DNA of 64,000 nucleotides from Giardia intestinalis (taxonomy: Eukaryota), in assembly GCA_000002435.2 (NCBI GenBank), contig CM018792.1. The stretch is one strand, 5' to 3'. The notes beneath the pieces were generated by a model that saw nothing but the letters and a program-made list of their open reading frames with translations, was not told the origin of the DNA and searched no databases. Below, piece by piece: positions 28,901 through 35,396 of this stretch (the first letter of the stretch is position 1; every line of letters starts with the position of its first letter). Position numbers and translations under genes: made by a program.

Positions 28901-30176
28901 CAGCGCCAAACAGAAAGCTGGTCTCTAGTGGATCGAATGCGCGAATGGTGCTCCAGACAAGACGGATAAAGTGATAGGTCATGTAAAAGTGAACGAAGTG
29001 AATATACACCGACTTTTCAGATGCACTAAAAGCTTGCATCTCTTTCAGATTACTGCTGTTGGCATCTAGTTGTCTGAACACTTGCCACGATGCCAGGGCA
29101 CTCGGGAGGATGTCCGTTAGCGATCTAAAGTGCTCTATTAACGAGGCGAGTTCTCGATAGTATGAGATCTTAGCCTCTACACCGTTGTAGCGTGATAGCA
29201 GCTCATTAACACGGGGTAAAGAGGAGACGGCGAATTGTTCGACTAGTTCGGATAGAATAACCCTCGCAACCTCAATGTGTGGAAGAGTTTCGCGGATATC
29301 TGCTAGTAAGGCTTCGTACCCATAGGCAAGGGAGTACACGTGAATTTCGAAAAGGCTCAGCACCTTGTGAACCGCACAAGCCAGATTATAGACTGAATTA
29401 CTGCCAGAAGGACTAGTTAACGCCATGATATAGTCATCTAGTCGGTTAAAGTCGTTGAAAGACAAGTCTTCTAAAGAGGATACTTCTCCCAGAACCCGAG
29501 AGACGTTGCTCATGAAAAGCTTGGCGAAGGCAGATACTTGCTCATGATTGAGAGAGGATGGACCGTGCTCTTGGTAGGATGTAATCAGGTGTTCTAGGTT
29601 TAGTCGCATTGACTCAGAGCTATAGAAGTGGATAATGGGAATCTTGCTATACCGTAAAAATCCGGTCTTATCTGCTAGCTTTTGGGAGAACTCACGCATG
29701 AGAGCGAGCACTGATGCACCAAGAGAGCTTTGGGCGGCAACTGATGCATCGGTGCTGGAGGCCTCAGAGTCCAGGTAAATTCTGTCAATAAGACCGGCGA
29801 ACGTCTCAAGAACACTAGTTCTAGATGCATTTATCACTTGGATGGAGCGTGATAGCTCAGGTATTGCGCTCATGCTTGCAGGGGCAGCATTGGTTACATT
29901 GAGAATAAGCAAAGAGGTTCGGGAGACATCGCTAGGCTTATTATGGTCGACCTTTGTAAGTGCGCGGGTTTCAGGCTCTAAAAGGATTGACGAATGGATA
30001 GGCTGGATGACAATAGTTCCGGCCAGATCTATGGAAAGGTGGAAAGACATACTCCCACCTGAAAGAAAAGCAATCGCCGTCGTGTCTGCCATCATCTTCT
30101 CAAGCACGTTCTCGGACGGGACCCCAGACTGCATAGCGACGGCCCCTGCCAAGTACTGCGCAGCAACGCTCGGCAT
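13938..30176 (-). CDS. Dynein heavy chain (5412 aa, single exon), divergent
   Basis: The AAA1 Walker A/B region reads GPAGTGKTES...CFVFNCDEAFDY...CFDEFNRL at about 23085-23114. AAA3 reads LLIGPAGSGKTV at about 19902-19925. The stalk/MTBD signature IRRMARPAEAITLVMAAVVIII lies at about 17410-17480 with flanking coiled coils. An AAA5-like region (IIEDGDSLDPALF) follows. The ATG is preceded by ttttaaatagaa. Confidence 0.9.
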   Translation of the reverse strand: MPSVAAQYLAGAVAMQSGVPSENVLEKMMADTTAIAFLSGGSMSFHLSIDLAGTIVIQPIHSSILLEPETRALTKVDHNKPSDVSRTSLLILNVTNAAPASMSAIPELSRSIQVINASRTSVLETFAGLIDRIYLDSEASSTDASVAAQSSLGASVLALMREFSQKLADKTGFLRYSKIPIIHFYSSESMRLNLEHLITSYQEHGPSSLNHEQVSAFAKLFMSNVSRVLGEVSSLEDLSFNDFNRLDDYIMALTSPSGSNSVYNLACAVHKVLSLFEIHVYSLAYGYEALLADIRETLPHIEVARVILSELVEQFAVSSLPRVNELLSRYNGVEAKISYYRELASLIEHFRSLTDILPSALASWQVFRQLDANSSNLKEMQAFSASEKSVYIHFVHFYMTYHFIRLVWSTIRAFDPLETSFLFGAGAISQNLISELAGVKAIEKYTSLTFKLAAYAPPYEIMDSDMLVDFSARLIALSGALVDIQRLREHVQLLCTSVPHVPASLIDRLTDVLRLARSHELAFMAQLSPEQDDVPDCSYQYLQQLSYLFTRSFIHPKAPSCSLFPNNPAAATVLRGLTSIPGLLASMNSYEDIYKGILDSLFSTNNIHTFITRYGEHFSRFAIIASLQPGTKNYYNALIVKFTAELSKTLSSTEQNVYLQLRTQREHVEIRELLLCELIEYYRKAVVSNENTHLQQLEIDDIREAAGTLLIRSTILPNLLTASLLLFSRSRHVFSIELLGVLLVRSSVIKADSLSSISKISTALAANLNTFSSKYSKWGELWTELLISSFYCPDTGLEATHLSQFLCEHVLAFERDSTRYQELSTRQAGILTVSRLPKTLHLLTTDSALEASSPPDLLVTTPVPSLFSAQSLCSSFAVAGRLPNASKILHSSIMQRYQSLFNAIVGILLPALKKFSQLIGHLAAWMGTTGNSKKVMDNSSLSYNLSVNISQIYAILVRLSIFGELCPNYVKFYSISDIYGSENRPNVSPFYEALFSPYFLSLPLQLVHVDNDFSMTYATHSGSQCGDMVRQDSLPENGTIDAYTAILSNQFRKLYRSVAQLDVAFISIVSETEIIREIISELIISKQSSVAKLLDKLRYSLNRLDANGVLSTETSSQKRSDPGRLATHYSLSVLISRIMTTRLIYALLILREQFLGDSNALQNYQTSLTNTDYHQFRAAKQSLFPFVANACRHLTVSLDDALMHVEPREAHALAALKSPAFLSIVDTIVSGIIGCELPVDPSALCLLSDVAPSPADADVASRGGLMNTQHLYKAHVPTIESFSRMIFAIQVDTLHGGELKLHNNVNLVTQLLNEIRADAIRSSSRFTRRLVRIHVCVDTWALDRAEKFVQSHSVTNSQLHSWVHVLDHADKDFQEAYYFLLNDGEKESFLRLVELSVSDDFKKAFYNRYKAFQNSVLAKVTECTLALIDHLTRLFSRLNTELQDLSGPRGNPRDEVDWNDSVAVLKCLAHSADADGLYIKHKDLLPRLRATLVLTANEQSMVDALIDNVYPTFAERYSYLKARVLEDKVSSARILANLQATENLFHESSLVNIAKVTDPSLMCPDVLTPDGSLDPGILLKHVQEVRQRLADLQKDLTDILGVAASASALFGINMSTCTNADMEALIVATEVIDSTYLPLCHKLTHLFDGLKGRDLNSSVLDCNSAAIDSALSAFCHELEHLIEDYLELGGVFQGNQKVVKWLEQNSTTWKNPSKLTAALSGYTHTLATLQPYLVQLCNPTSFHPSHWPEFLAELRFVCGTQANFPPALNIQTRLQTYTVYELLDHLLLFLSLSHQSLTSQKGASSDSGSVVHTQDKEPLRVLTGICESILSQARARSSVYGMINAHTLLSKSIPLTFVHRNDTHIISNLADITKSLESALLSISDLSTTPFYTEFSSQLIVLQETFILYLAAVKALTETQSEYIQLSSVLAQNMAIVKRYIKDAVLRYETAVADLAFMYSHLSDMPSKGTTDNLVHFFSFLGGVEACTSKILTIKDSLQYIAKSLATFIEQQRYVSPRLFFLTDDNILSVITALSSLLMPHCSDHSNSSQVIGVSTNNSDICMLEKHLSKIFPGFAHFIFASSSDLCHCAEPCENDDFIPSSLTGARLLIVGIVSPEGERFHLDSSQFFSISDLVASSANEIAIHPFLLKLETSIRLSMYEQILHCRRVLLTFLSDSVAVASSQIPCLLESHTCQAFIVGLHLVVTEILDLYTDDPDRVDLNRTGVALKELLAYIQVTYKGLYNIHCLLPEIIFLQSVVSLEATQGRSDEKRLDRFFAMKYYVSAKPFRSLVLNPSPWQKIYECPILVKVLSYSHVYSCNYVGSSPHLVQTELTSSHYTQSLIAIGSQFFISPVGPAGTGKTESTRQLSAHLGRPCFVFNCDEAFDYASVVRIMIGALLLGCVVCFDEFNRLAVDNLSSISLIVDAIQELLSKEESYRRVLELGNDTLIEASTHELRRTANSFMAQFSLNSQKYDPSRLSQLREFACFITMNPSYKGRRTLPKNISALFRIVMMSQAEVESIVDVLLVSLGFTFGRVLSRLVCMFYQRLEAVVAHIQSDAEQASKSSFHFAHDLGLRSIRMALRAGQLLIEDEPSLTQLLSSDSPDIREAAERYILVTGIRRTLLPTLSHHDIPQFNDLICSTFGRCEATIRARLSSDCSRRQITIPESSNYRHALKLLESVSLDDLLTKFVSQVTLQMGLVPNQAFLDKVLHLHMCLCLSPGTIIAGTSSTGKTAAQQVYYGARRALASFLTELTGVSQGALTTYTVSPLALQAKTKLLGTLIEPSREWIDSSFLRALREAIALSENMDSGTPCLLSRWPRFFFLFDCDINPDWIEAFNSVLDGNRCLTLCTGERIHIPDSVRFVFESSTLRHATLATISRCSVSIHHADTVPASDLAYGCLKRQLVMDNPHASSLLSLISETGHSRRTEQPPAQTRTQTGLPSRANLSNSIPNLHTQKYVLACLNAVAFDVFSSFLFASTPLYVTFHQSFIACHGLIDQLTNTQQAPSGTVITHKTGTLGRLFRTGKGLATGSGEFIDGILKGISADINTSSTSFSGTLSELLDHAKGRYKQYSPIDFSVTRVLATLVMMLKAAVAEAEKYFRTKITQIELGLAEARLSLRTMDLQKLVSPQTVSRVLSFSGISYNRLILFYVRQFIFGLAWSLSCQLPLAERHSLSNLVCRYYSDYLDQPSSEVSTKTPTHSGSGDASNADDADDLQFDLLAITYFNTKPSAPEVFAGYCVERTSDTTSSRLNTQERSLVTKAHTIPDSSDLNASSSLWLSATVQHPPPQSSYEEDGRRPPTQPAHTSLLTYVCSINSEYWQLNDPENCELRSFFVSTIHESMSTLMESSLTAHTRRARFEDASMPRNKLTHPLHNPTLESTSAGSQLVPNVDTQAYAMYLGSLVDQGRHVLLIGPAGSGKTVLLTHILNQNPNLRVVFTSFSSQTSPDDLISIFFNHFDVVPEDDHYILVSPARQTFCLIIDEINLVDKDCFDNQPVIEFLRFLLEHRYFIYDGVLPGSKDKKKPGAHEAKESPLETSAVIVLPFNIIIACSCNPPTDAGRSLLSERFMRQISTLYLDHPSHAALLSIYTAYTDDMLADILTESNLLSVLTPDTTTSLSISLASAMVSAYEQIAAAADREHSSSVYSPRDLTRWIASVKDHYGSYQLTDATGVFSCKRFVQLILYEGSAIFSTKLMTQPEKKATIAILARSLHGFLESLSKALCTWTADNPMLELSTFNTLLLQKNFKFNITSGASLTDSATHFASILTEQEAWSNLCYLFSKYHNKSANTLTLSHMEFVSDPIYHIMRTLNTPHGHLIISAEPGVFDASLLQFLAWLSESTIFELKTVKRYSLTDFREFLRGAIEAAVTKPGNVLVVISYETGLPINFLEHLNNLLCNGDVTGFLTKAQLHKTISLAGLSDLAQLQQMVKQKLHILFVVSSTLEGSGITFSPALYNRCQLISISRMPIYFLVLKGTGHVQALAFPKSVSDCLGRVTDTEPMLQQSIEACDRVSTETQQLLDILKQQQDDSVLEIQDTLTIAAQGLGPQQRLCAALALLHERAPSIVQQYHDVVGSLSLPEMLKTSHVARSITFHSLLHYERLCTRFALLYLQVYTDFCSQQNHLVKGLEILDIVQGRVSELQEELCTKKEKLAEMTVLTQEKLSEVIKLREITMASKAESVKLSTEITQKHEYIQARMESVQSELAEAEPALVAARGSIRTISKAALEEIRRMARPAEAITLVMAAVVIIISPTIAGINTSWEAVRKIMQRNNFQSSILMYNPAEDEHAAYRLERLAEYQSNPTFKKDIVSHASQPAGFLFDWVMSIYGFLKIKAKVQPLEQALLQIKEEASGLEIRRAEIMVELVEMEKNIDSLTAECSECEAHQIRLQNQADECENNTKQATIITELLSDEIKRWTEQQAGSEHILDKLMGDVLLEAFYETYAGSYTDNLRIELATFAEEILDALSISYSNGTALCLRGSLSNHILIERVLSPVTPVLLFDYTKGDLDHLRATYKKHIMVSALADDLMASVERALKFGFTLIIEDGDSLDPALFVLHRVVEEPATSTSLPTNSSPDARRSFIVELGGVVIPVHPDFGAIVLCQVVGRAIHFAAKCTVINFAHSDEKIFEILCNHLIEYLHPDLYSVQQKIEQDLSTHAKTIVSLEKELLCTLSAVDHSSILTNTGLISHLQATKARYRQINTQIETLRHQKKSYDAFKDELHDCTTVLARIFSVLRHLRDLEPGFLFNLEQMLFILDAALERFTTLAAKNYSDLLIIFIELCYDNTQSSLTLTARDATYKFLKEIATSEAPKAVTRKELKLRSHTTFTEYYSFYQKHTHCMLLNIIENTDPKSIVQAVIQDVKADANHGPLVHSVPFGVPDAHISKIAGILKAARDRDIILLTNMHLASASYCEDLCKVIQSHLKTYSNNISIIISIQGADDNSLTEEMRSLATSLGCVSFLSQKELNPVALYEQTRLDARQIALKQTSIILNTTTPSAEATEVDSEAQQAGQFFDSEFKCLLDKLTYIFVIFKLRASMRPYGFSGSYSFTSVDLRYAIELLVKEFAAQLAKDNKSFCPFANQFFEKLLHEICFGNRISALHDKVIAKRLIDKIVNMDALPTMVESCTGVFLNEALDGIMTAAQQKKVDDLHQVILGRVGYKSTKDPDSSSCITMSIVSAIISKLLSIRKSLQQVEEVSATLTSSHRWSSFSLAIFKVKCAARTTLLAYMHAAEKGPTALDELQRLLNEDALQHVSLLVDQYQYCTDVLEAMQTGNDDTITLLPLKLGSNAHQCFAALFQDLLSQGSPGASGSGEMAACFTTVAASSTVSVTVRSFLFVADHDVIQKSPSGGISTLFLTLEPAASVAHLAGIPVFLDDSRSTFLGFAQGMDEGDMMWDGSAFYFL

Positions 30177-30213
30177 TTCTATTTAAAAGGGAGGAGTTTT
30201 ACTTAGCTCCCAT

Positions 30214-31059
30214 TTACTTAGCTCTCATGGCGTCGTGAATGCTGCTATAGTAGTAGAAGAAGTTCTGGGCAACAAGGCCTCCAAGCCCAAAGTTGAAGTA
30301 GACGCGGCTGCCCCCAGAGGGCCACTCGATGCCCTTGAGCTTGAGGGTGTTGACCGTCCCAGAGATGGACCCACCGGCAGGGATCAGAGTCATCTCTGCG
30401 CCAGCAGGAACGTTCTCGGGGAAGATGCAGCGCACGCTGGGGTCCTCTTCTGAAGCCACAACTGTGATCACAAGGCTCTGCTCAAAATCGTACTTGGATC
30501 CTACCTGAACCACAGGAACCATGACGCCCGCGCCGGTCTTATTGGTGACGGTAATCTTGAATTCCCCGTTGCCAAACGGATTACCGTACTCAGTCGCATC
30601 TGGGGGAATGATCTGGTCAACGGTCATCTCGAGCCCCGCAGGTACAGCGTAGGCAGGGCGGCCCGAAGTAGCACAAACAGAGACTGCTCCCGTTGTGGCA
30701 CCGGTCCACTTCTTCGTGAAGGGAGACTTGGTTGCGCTGTCCCAGCCGTAGGGCACGGCCAGGATCTTCTCGGCCAACTTGCGTGCCTCGTCTTCCGAGG
30801 CAACAGCCTCCGCCGCCTTAAACACAAGCATGCCCTCGTCCTCCTCTCCGCCAAAAAGGTACGTCTTGCCCTTCTCCACCGGGCAACGGTCTCCGATGTA
30901 AAAGAACATCACGTCGTTGCACGCATTCCCACGGACCATCTTCAAGGGCTTGACGACTATGGAGCAGCGGCACTGGGGAGGAAGGGACATCGTTTGCATC
31001 CCCGGCATAAGCTGGGTGATAGTTCCGTAACCTATTGCGGGATGAGACTCGATAGGCAT
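30214..31059 (-). CDS. Hypothetical protein (281 aa)
   Basis: An ATG-initiated ORF occupies the 1-kb gap between the dynein gene and the ankyrin pseudokinase. No family was recognised. Confidence 0.45.
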   Translation of the reverse strand: MPIESHPAIGYGTITQLMPGMQTMSLPPQCRCSIVVKPLKMVRGNACNDVMFFYIGDRCPVEKGKTYLFGGEEDEGMLVFKAAEAVASEDEARKLAEKILAVPYGWDSATKSPFTKKWTGATTGAVSVCATSGRPAYAVPAGLEMTVDQIIPPDATEYGNPFGNGEFKITVTNKTGAGVMVPVVQVGSKYDFEQSLVITVVASEEDPSVRCIFPENVPAGAEMTLIPAGGSISGTVNTLKLKGIEWPSGGSRVYFNFGLGGLVAQNFFYYYSSIHDAMRAK

Positions 31060-31131
31060 TTTATTTTCCTATCTGAGGCTGTCTCCTAGAATTTCCTTGA
31101 CTTGGAATAAGAGCCTTGTGCACGTATAGAT

Positions 31132-34100
31132 ATGCCCTGGACAGAGCAGGCCATCACCAATCTTGGTGCTCTAAAAAGTTCCTGTTACATCATGAAGGAG
31201 TCGTCCCCAGCCCTAGTCCACACTCAGCTTATTCCCACCGATCTTATGCCAGACAAGGCTGTGTGGATGATGAGGTGCGTAATAGAGCATTTCTCTGTCG
31301 CTTCTTCGCCCTTTCTAGTGGATATAAAAACAGTAGCCGCACCCTATGCTGGGGTTATCAAGTTCCGGGAAAAATGGTATGTTGGAACCTCTCTTCGCTC
31401 TGTTCTTCAGACCCAGGTCGCGTCTGGTACCAGGTTTTCGGAATCCACTATCTGGAGACTTGCGTATGGAATACTGAAGGCGTTGGCTTTTATGCATACA
31501 CCATCGTCGAGCGTGCAAAAGCTGACAGGACAGTACTGCTTTGTCCACGGCCATATTACCCCAGACACGGTTTTCCTTTCAACAAACCAGATGCCGAGAA
31601 TAGGAAGCCTTCACTGTTGTACATTAACTTCTTGCTGCCTCCCGAATGCTGAGACAGGAGGAAGATTCAAGCCTTATCTGCCACTCGACATAGATAGTAG
31701 CATTTTCCCTCCTCTCATCACTCCCGGCTACGAGCCCCTTGTAGACATATGGAGCCTAGGGATCTTGCTTTTGCAAGCTTGTGCTGTACCACGAGGTGAT
31801 CTTCGTTCCAATTATTCTGAAGAAATAGCTGATTTCATCGACAAATTACTCGTCGAGGATGATCGAATTCGTCCCACTGCCACAGAAGCGTTGCAAAATC
31901 CGAAGTTTACTGAGCTAGACACGGAGTACATCTCGCGGGGATCTAGTTACTCGGCGCACACGGAAGTGGATTTTAAAGAAGTCTCCTCGGTGTCCGCCCC
32001 CTCTGCTAGCTCTGTTCCTGTCTCCGTTTCTGTCTTTGCTCCTACCTCAGTACCTGTTGTCGCCAGAGCCGCACCTTTGCCATCAGAGAAAGACTCGGCT
32101 GCGCCACGGAACCCATGCATTGACCTTGCCATCCCCGATCAAGCTCTTCCTGGCTCGCTTGCCGACTTCACAAGCCTACAGATAGGAGTGCTACTGAAGA
32201 ATGAGAAAATAGTGAAGGCAAATCTTTTTCTTTCAGGAAAGCAGACAGCCGCTGGAATGTCTGCACTAATGTTGGCAGCAATCTATAACCAGGCGGAGAT
32301 GGTCCATCTTCTGCGGCCTGCTGAAACTGGCCTAGTATGTAAAAACTCACACACTGCTTACTACTACTCTCTTGCTGCTGGAAACTTAGCAATAGCGGAT
32401 TCCTTGTATGGCGATGAGTACCAGGTGGAATGCGCAGCAAATCCAGCGGCCTTTCCCTCTCATCCTGGACTTACAGTGATAGAAAGGATGCAGCATGCTG
32501 TGCAAGCGCAGAACCTTGTAGATGTGCACTACCTTACCATGACGGAAGTCACAGCAACGAAGCATCACATTCCTCTCATGCACCAAGCAGTTGAGCTAAA
32601 TAATTGGCAGCTTGTGCTCATTCTTTCTCGGTTTGAGGCACAGAAGCGCGACAGCGTCGGAGAGACCTGCCTGCACAAGGCTGCTCGCTTAGGGTATGCT
32701 AAGATTGTAGAGATCCTTGCCCCTTACGAAGCAAACATAGCCTGCAGGGATTCGACTATTTCTGGCAGACTTCTCTTTGCAGTTGATTTGGCAATAGCAA
32801 ACGGTCATACTATCTGCTTCGACATTCTTAAGTTTTATGAGCATAAGGAAGAGTATGCAAAGAAGGGGCTGTTCCTCAAGGACACCAAGAAGACCACTCC
32901 ACTTATTGCCGCCGTCTTATCTAAGGATATCAATATCATTCGTCTAAGATGTCAAGAGAATCAACTAAGCTATGACGCTGATGGCTATACTGCTCTTATG
33001 CACGCAGTTTTGACCAATCAACTATCTGCTGTAATATTGCTCAGAAAGGGATCTATGCAGATCTGTCGAAGTCAGCAGCACGAAGGGCTTACCTCTCTCT
33101 GGCTGGCCTACCTCCAGGGCAACAGTGCTATAGTTAGACTTCTTGCGCCGTACGAAGGAACACACCCTAATCCATATCAGGTCAAGCCCTTCGTCGCTGC
33201 TTTGACAGATGGAAGACTGCTGATGGTTGTTGGACTGGAGGATCATTCTGAATACGTTGCCCCTACAAGGGAGATTCTTGAGCAAAAGGCTTCGGAGCTA
33301 TTTGGTCAAGGGCTGATAGACTTATCTCTAGAAACGTGTAGTACATGCTCCCCCGAGACTATGTTGTGCATGGTCCTTAAAGACAAGAAGCTATCGACTA
33401 GATCTCACGACTCTGTTGCGAGCATCTCTGACACATCTGTAACAACTCGATCATTTTCCTGCTCAAGCACACGCAGCACCAGCGCAAACGGCTCTGCACC
33501 AAATCTTCCTCTGAAGAGCATGCACTATCAAATCACTAGTAAGTCGCGCCAAGTGTTGCTTCCCAAGTACACCTTTTCTAGAACATCTGTTTCTGCTGAT
33601 TACCCTGACAACTCTCACGCAGCTCGAAGCCAATCCACGTCCTCCACCAGGGTTGTAAGAGCAACAATGGATAACATACGCCATCTAAGTTTCGCAAACG
33701 AAGGAATGAGCCACGATTGTAGGCATGAAATCAAGTGCATGCAGGTGATTTATAATATGCCTTCATACGGTTCATCAATCCCGGTAGCAGCATTAAATAA
33801 TAAGCCTGCTCGACCTGCAGCACTTGGCAAGCCTAGCAATCGGCAGCTGGCACACTGGTTCGAGCAGCAGCTGCTTTTCTCCGACACTAGTAGCAATGAA
33901 GACTGCTATTGGCCACTGGAGACAGGGGGGTCTAGCCCGATGTCACGGTCGCCGTCCAATTTAATTCTTTCGCCCCTGACTGGGCACACTCTACAGCTCA
34001 CTCAGATTGACCCAAAGATTACTAATCTTATGCTAGCGGTCCTGGCCAATGACCCTCCGGCTGTCCTGTACTATCGGGATGAGCTTTGTCTGCAATCTTC

Positions 34101-35370
34101 CAACGGAACTACTGCACTAATGCTTGCGGTGGCCATGAATAGCCTTACATTAGTTCGACTGCTTGTAGGGGAGAAGGGAATTCGCAGACACGATGGCCTC
34201 TGTGCCAGCAACTTTATACGGAAAGATGCGATAGAGATACGAGCTATTCTTGCAGGCGAACATAAGTGCTTTCGGGACCAGAATGGCCGTACAGGCCTGA
34301 TGCAGAACATCATACAGAGCATCTCATACCCGCGCGCGATTCTCACATCTATTCTACGAACACAGGATGATTCTGTTGTTTGTGCGTCTAGAGAGTCGAT
34401 GGGGCCGGTGACGGCTCTAGGATTCGCAGCCTACCGGGGTGCTACACGCATTGTCCAGAGTCTTTTGGGGATCAATGACTTCTACTCCATTTCTCGCAAC
34501 CACAGGACTCCCCTTATGCTTGCCGCTATAACAGGGCATCTAGCCACTATCAAGCTTCTGCTCCCTAACTTCGTTGGTTTTAGAGATCAGGATGGATACA
34601 CAGCGCTCGCTATAGCCACTTACCACGGTCACTCAGATGTTGTCGAGTTCCTTTTCCCTTATGAGGCCCACATCTGCACAAAGACTGGCCTCAATGCTAC
34701 GATGATTGCGGCGAAAAAGAACCGCGTTAAGTGCTTGGAAATCATGCATAGAATATGTTCTCACAGTAGCTCACAGCGGCAGTACGAGTATATGTTCAAC
34801 GCACGCGATAATGCAGGGATTCCTGCTATTGTTCATGCGGCTGCCAACGAGAGCCTTGAAGCGTTCACATGGTTAGTAGACAACACTGAAGAGGCTAACG
34901 CCCAATTAGCCCAAGGGACCACTCTCCTTATGTATTGTTGCAAGAGGAATCTCCATAGCTTTGTGGACGTCTTAGTTCGTCGAAAGAAGGGCCTTGGGCT
35001 TCAAGATCACTGCGGCAGGACCGCACTGATGATAGCCGCTGCTTGTAATCACACTGCCTGTGTCCAGATGCTTTCTCCATTTGAAATAAAGATTAGAGGA
35101 GCATATCGCACAACAGCTTTGATTTCAGCCACTAAGAGCGGTGCATACGAAGCTGCTGAGTTACTATTGGATGAGGCGGGACTGCAAGAAGACGGTGACT
35201 ATACAGCGCTGTACTATGCTGTAGGCGAATGCCACAATGATAGATTGATTGAGCTGCTTCTTCCCTACGAAGCAAGTATATGTCCGGAGCTACTGGAAGC
35301 AGCCGCTGATCAGTTTTGCCCGAGCAGCTTCGAGGAAATTTATGCTAAGCTTCAGGCACACGGGGGCTAA
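31132..35370 (+). CDS. Ankyrin-repeat protein with an N-terminal degenerate kinase-like domain (NEK-like pseudokinase, Giardia protein-21.1 type)
   Basis: The kinase-like N-terminus has HGHITPDTVFL in place of HRDLKPENILL, so the catalytic Asp is replaced. IGSL stands in place of DFG. DIWSLGILLLQ is retained. About 1000 aa of ankyrin repeats (TALMLAA..., GYTALMHAV...) follow to the C-terminus. Confidence 0.75.
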   Translation: MPWTEQAITNLGALKSSCYIMKESSPALVHTQLIPTDLMPDKAVWMMRCVIEHFSVASSPFLVDIKTVAAPYAGVIKFREKWYVGTSLRSVLQTQVASGTRFSESTIWRLAYGILKALAFMHTPSSSVQKLTGQYCFVHGHITPDTVFLSTNQMPRIGSLHCCTLTSCCLPNAETGGRFKPYLPLDIDSSIFPPLITPGYEPLVDIWSLGILLLQACAVPRGDLRSNYSEEIADFIDKLLVEDDRIRPTATEALQNPKFTELDTEYISRGSSYSAHTEVDFKEVSSVSAPSASSVPVSVSVFAPTSVPVVARAAPLPSEKDSAAPRNPCIDLAIPDQALPGSLADFTSLQIGVLLKNEKIVKANLFLSGKQTAAGMSALMLAAIYNQAEMVHLLRPAETGLVCKNSHTAYYYSLAAGNLAIADSLYGDEYQVECAANPAAFPSHPGLTVIERMQHAVQAQNLVDVHYLTMTEVTATKHHIPLMHQAVELNNWQLVLILSRFEAQKRDSVGETCLHKAARLGYAKIVEILAPYEANIACRDSTISGRLLFAVDLAIANGHTICFDILKFYEHKEEYAKKGLFLKDTKKTTPLIAAVLSKDINIIRLRCQENQLSYDADGYTALMHAVLTNQLSAVILLRKGSMQICRSQQHEGLTSLWLAYLQGNSAIVRLLAPYEGTHPNPYQVKPFVAALTDGRLLMVVGLEDHSEYVAPTREILEQKASELFGQGLIDLSLETCSTCSPETMLCMVLKDKKLSTRSHDSVASISDTSVTTRSFSCSSTRSTSANGSAPNLPLKSMHYQITSKSRQVLLPKYTFSRTSVSADYPDNSHAARSQSTSSTRVVRATMDNIRHLSFANEGMSHDCRHEIKCMQVIYNMPSYGSSIPVAALNNKPARPAALGKPSNRQLAHWFEQQLLFSDTSSNEDCYWPLETGGSSPMSRSPSNLILSPLTGHTLQLTQIDPKITNLMLAVLANDPPAVLYYRDELCLQSSNGTTALMLAVAMNSLTLVRLLVGEKGIRRHDGLCASNFIRKDAIEIRAILAGEHKCFRDQNGRTGLMQNIIQSISYPRAILTSILRTQDDSVVCASRESMGPVTALGFAAYRGATRIVQSLLGINDFYSISRNHRTPLMLAAITGHLATIKLLLPNFVGFRDQDGYTALAIATYHGHSDVVEFLFPYEAHICTKTGLNATMIAAKKNRVKCLEIMHRICSHSSSQRQYEYMFNARDNAGIPAIVHAAANESLEAFTWLVDNTEEANAQLAQGTTLLMYCCKRNLHSFVDVLVRRKKGLGLQDHCGRTALMIAAACNHTACVQMLSPFEIKIRGAYRTTALISATKSGAYEAAELLLDEAGLQEDGDYTALYYAVGECHNDRLIELLLPYEASICPELLEAAADQFCPSSFEEIYAKLQAHGG
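32182..35332 (+). repeat. Tandem ankyrin-repeat coding array inside the pseudokinase gene
   Basis: Ankyrin consensus stretches of about 33 aa recur, such as G.TALM.A...G and LL.....N. Confidence 0.6.
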
Positions 35371-35396
35371 TGTTGCTAGGTCACAGCTTCTACGTG

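Noticed and set aside
13938-30176. Alternative identity for the 5412-aa AAA protein: midasin (Rea1/MDN1).
   Set aside because: The AAA1 block (GPAGTGKTE...CFVFNCDEAFDY...CFDEFNRL) and the coiled-coil stalk with MTBD-like ARPAEAITLVMAAV are dynein-specific. Midasin has no stalk/MTBD and ends in a MIDAS domain.
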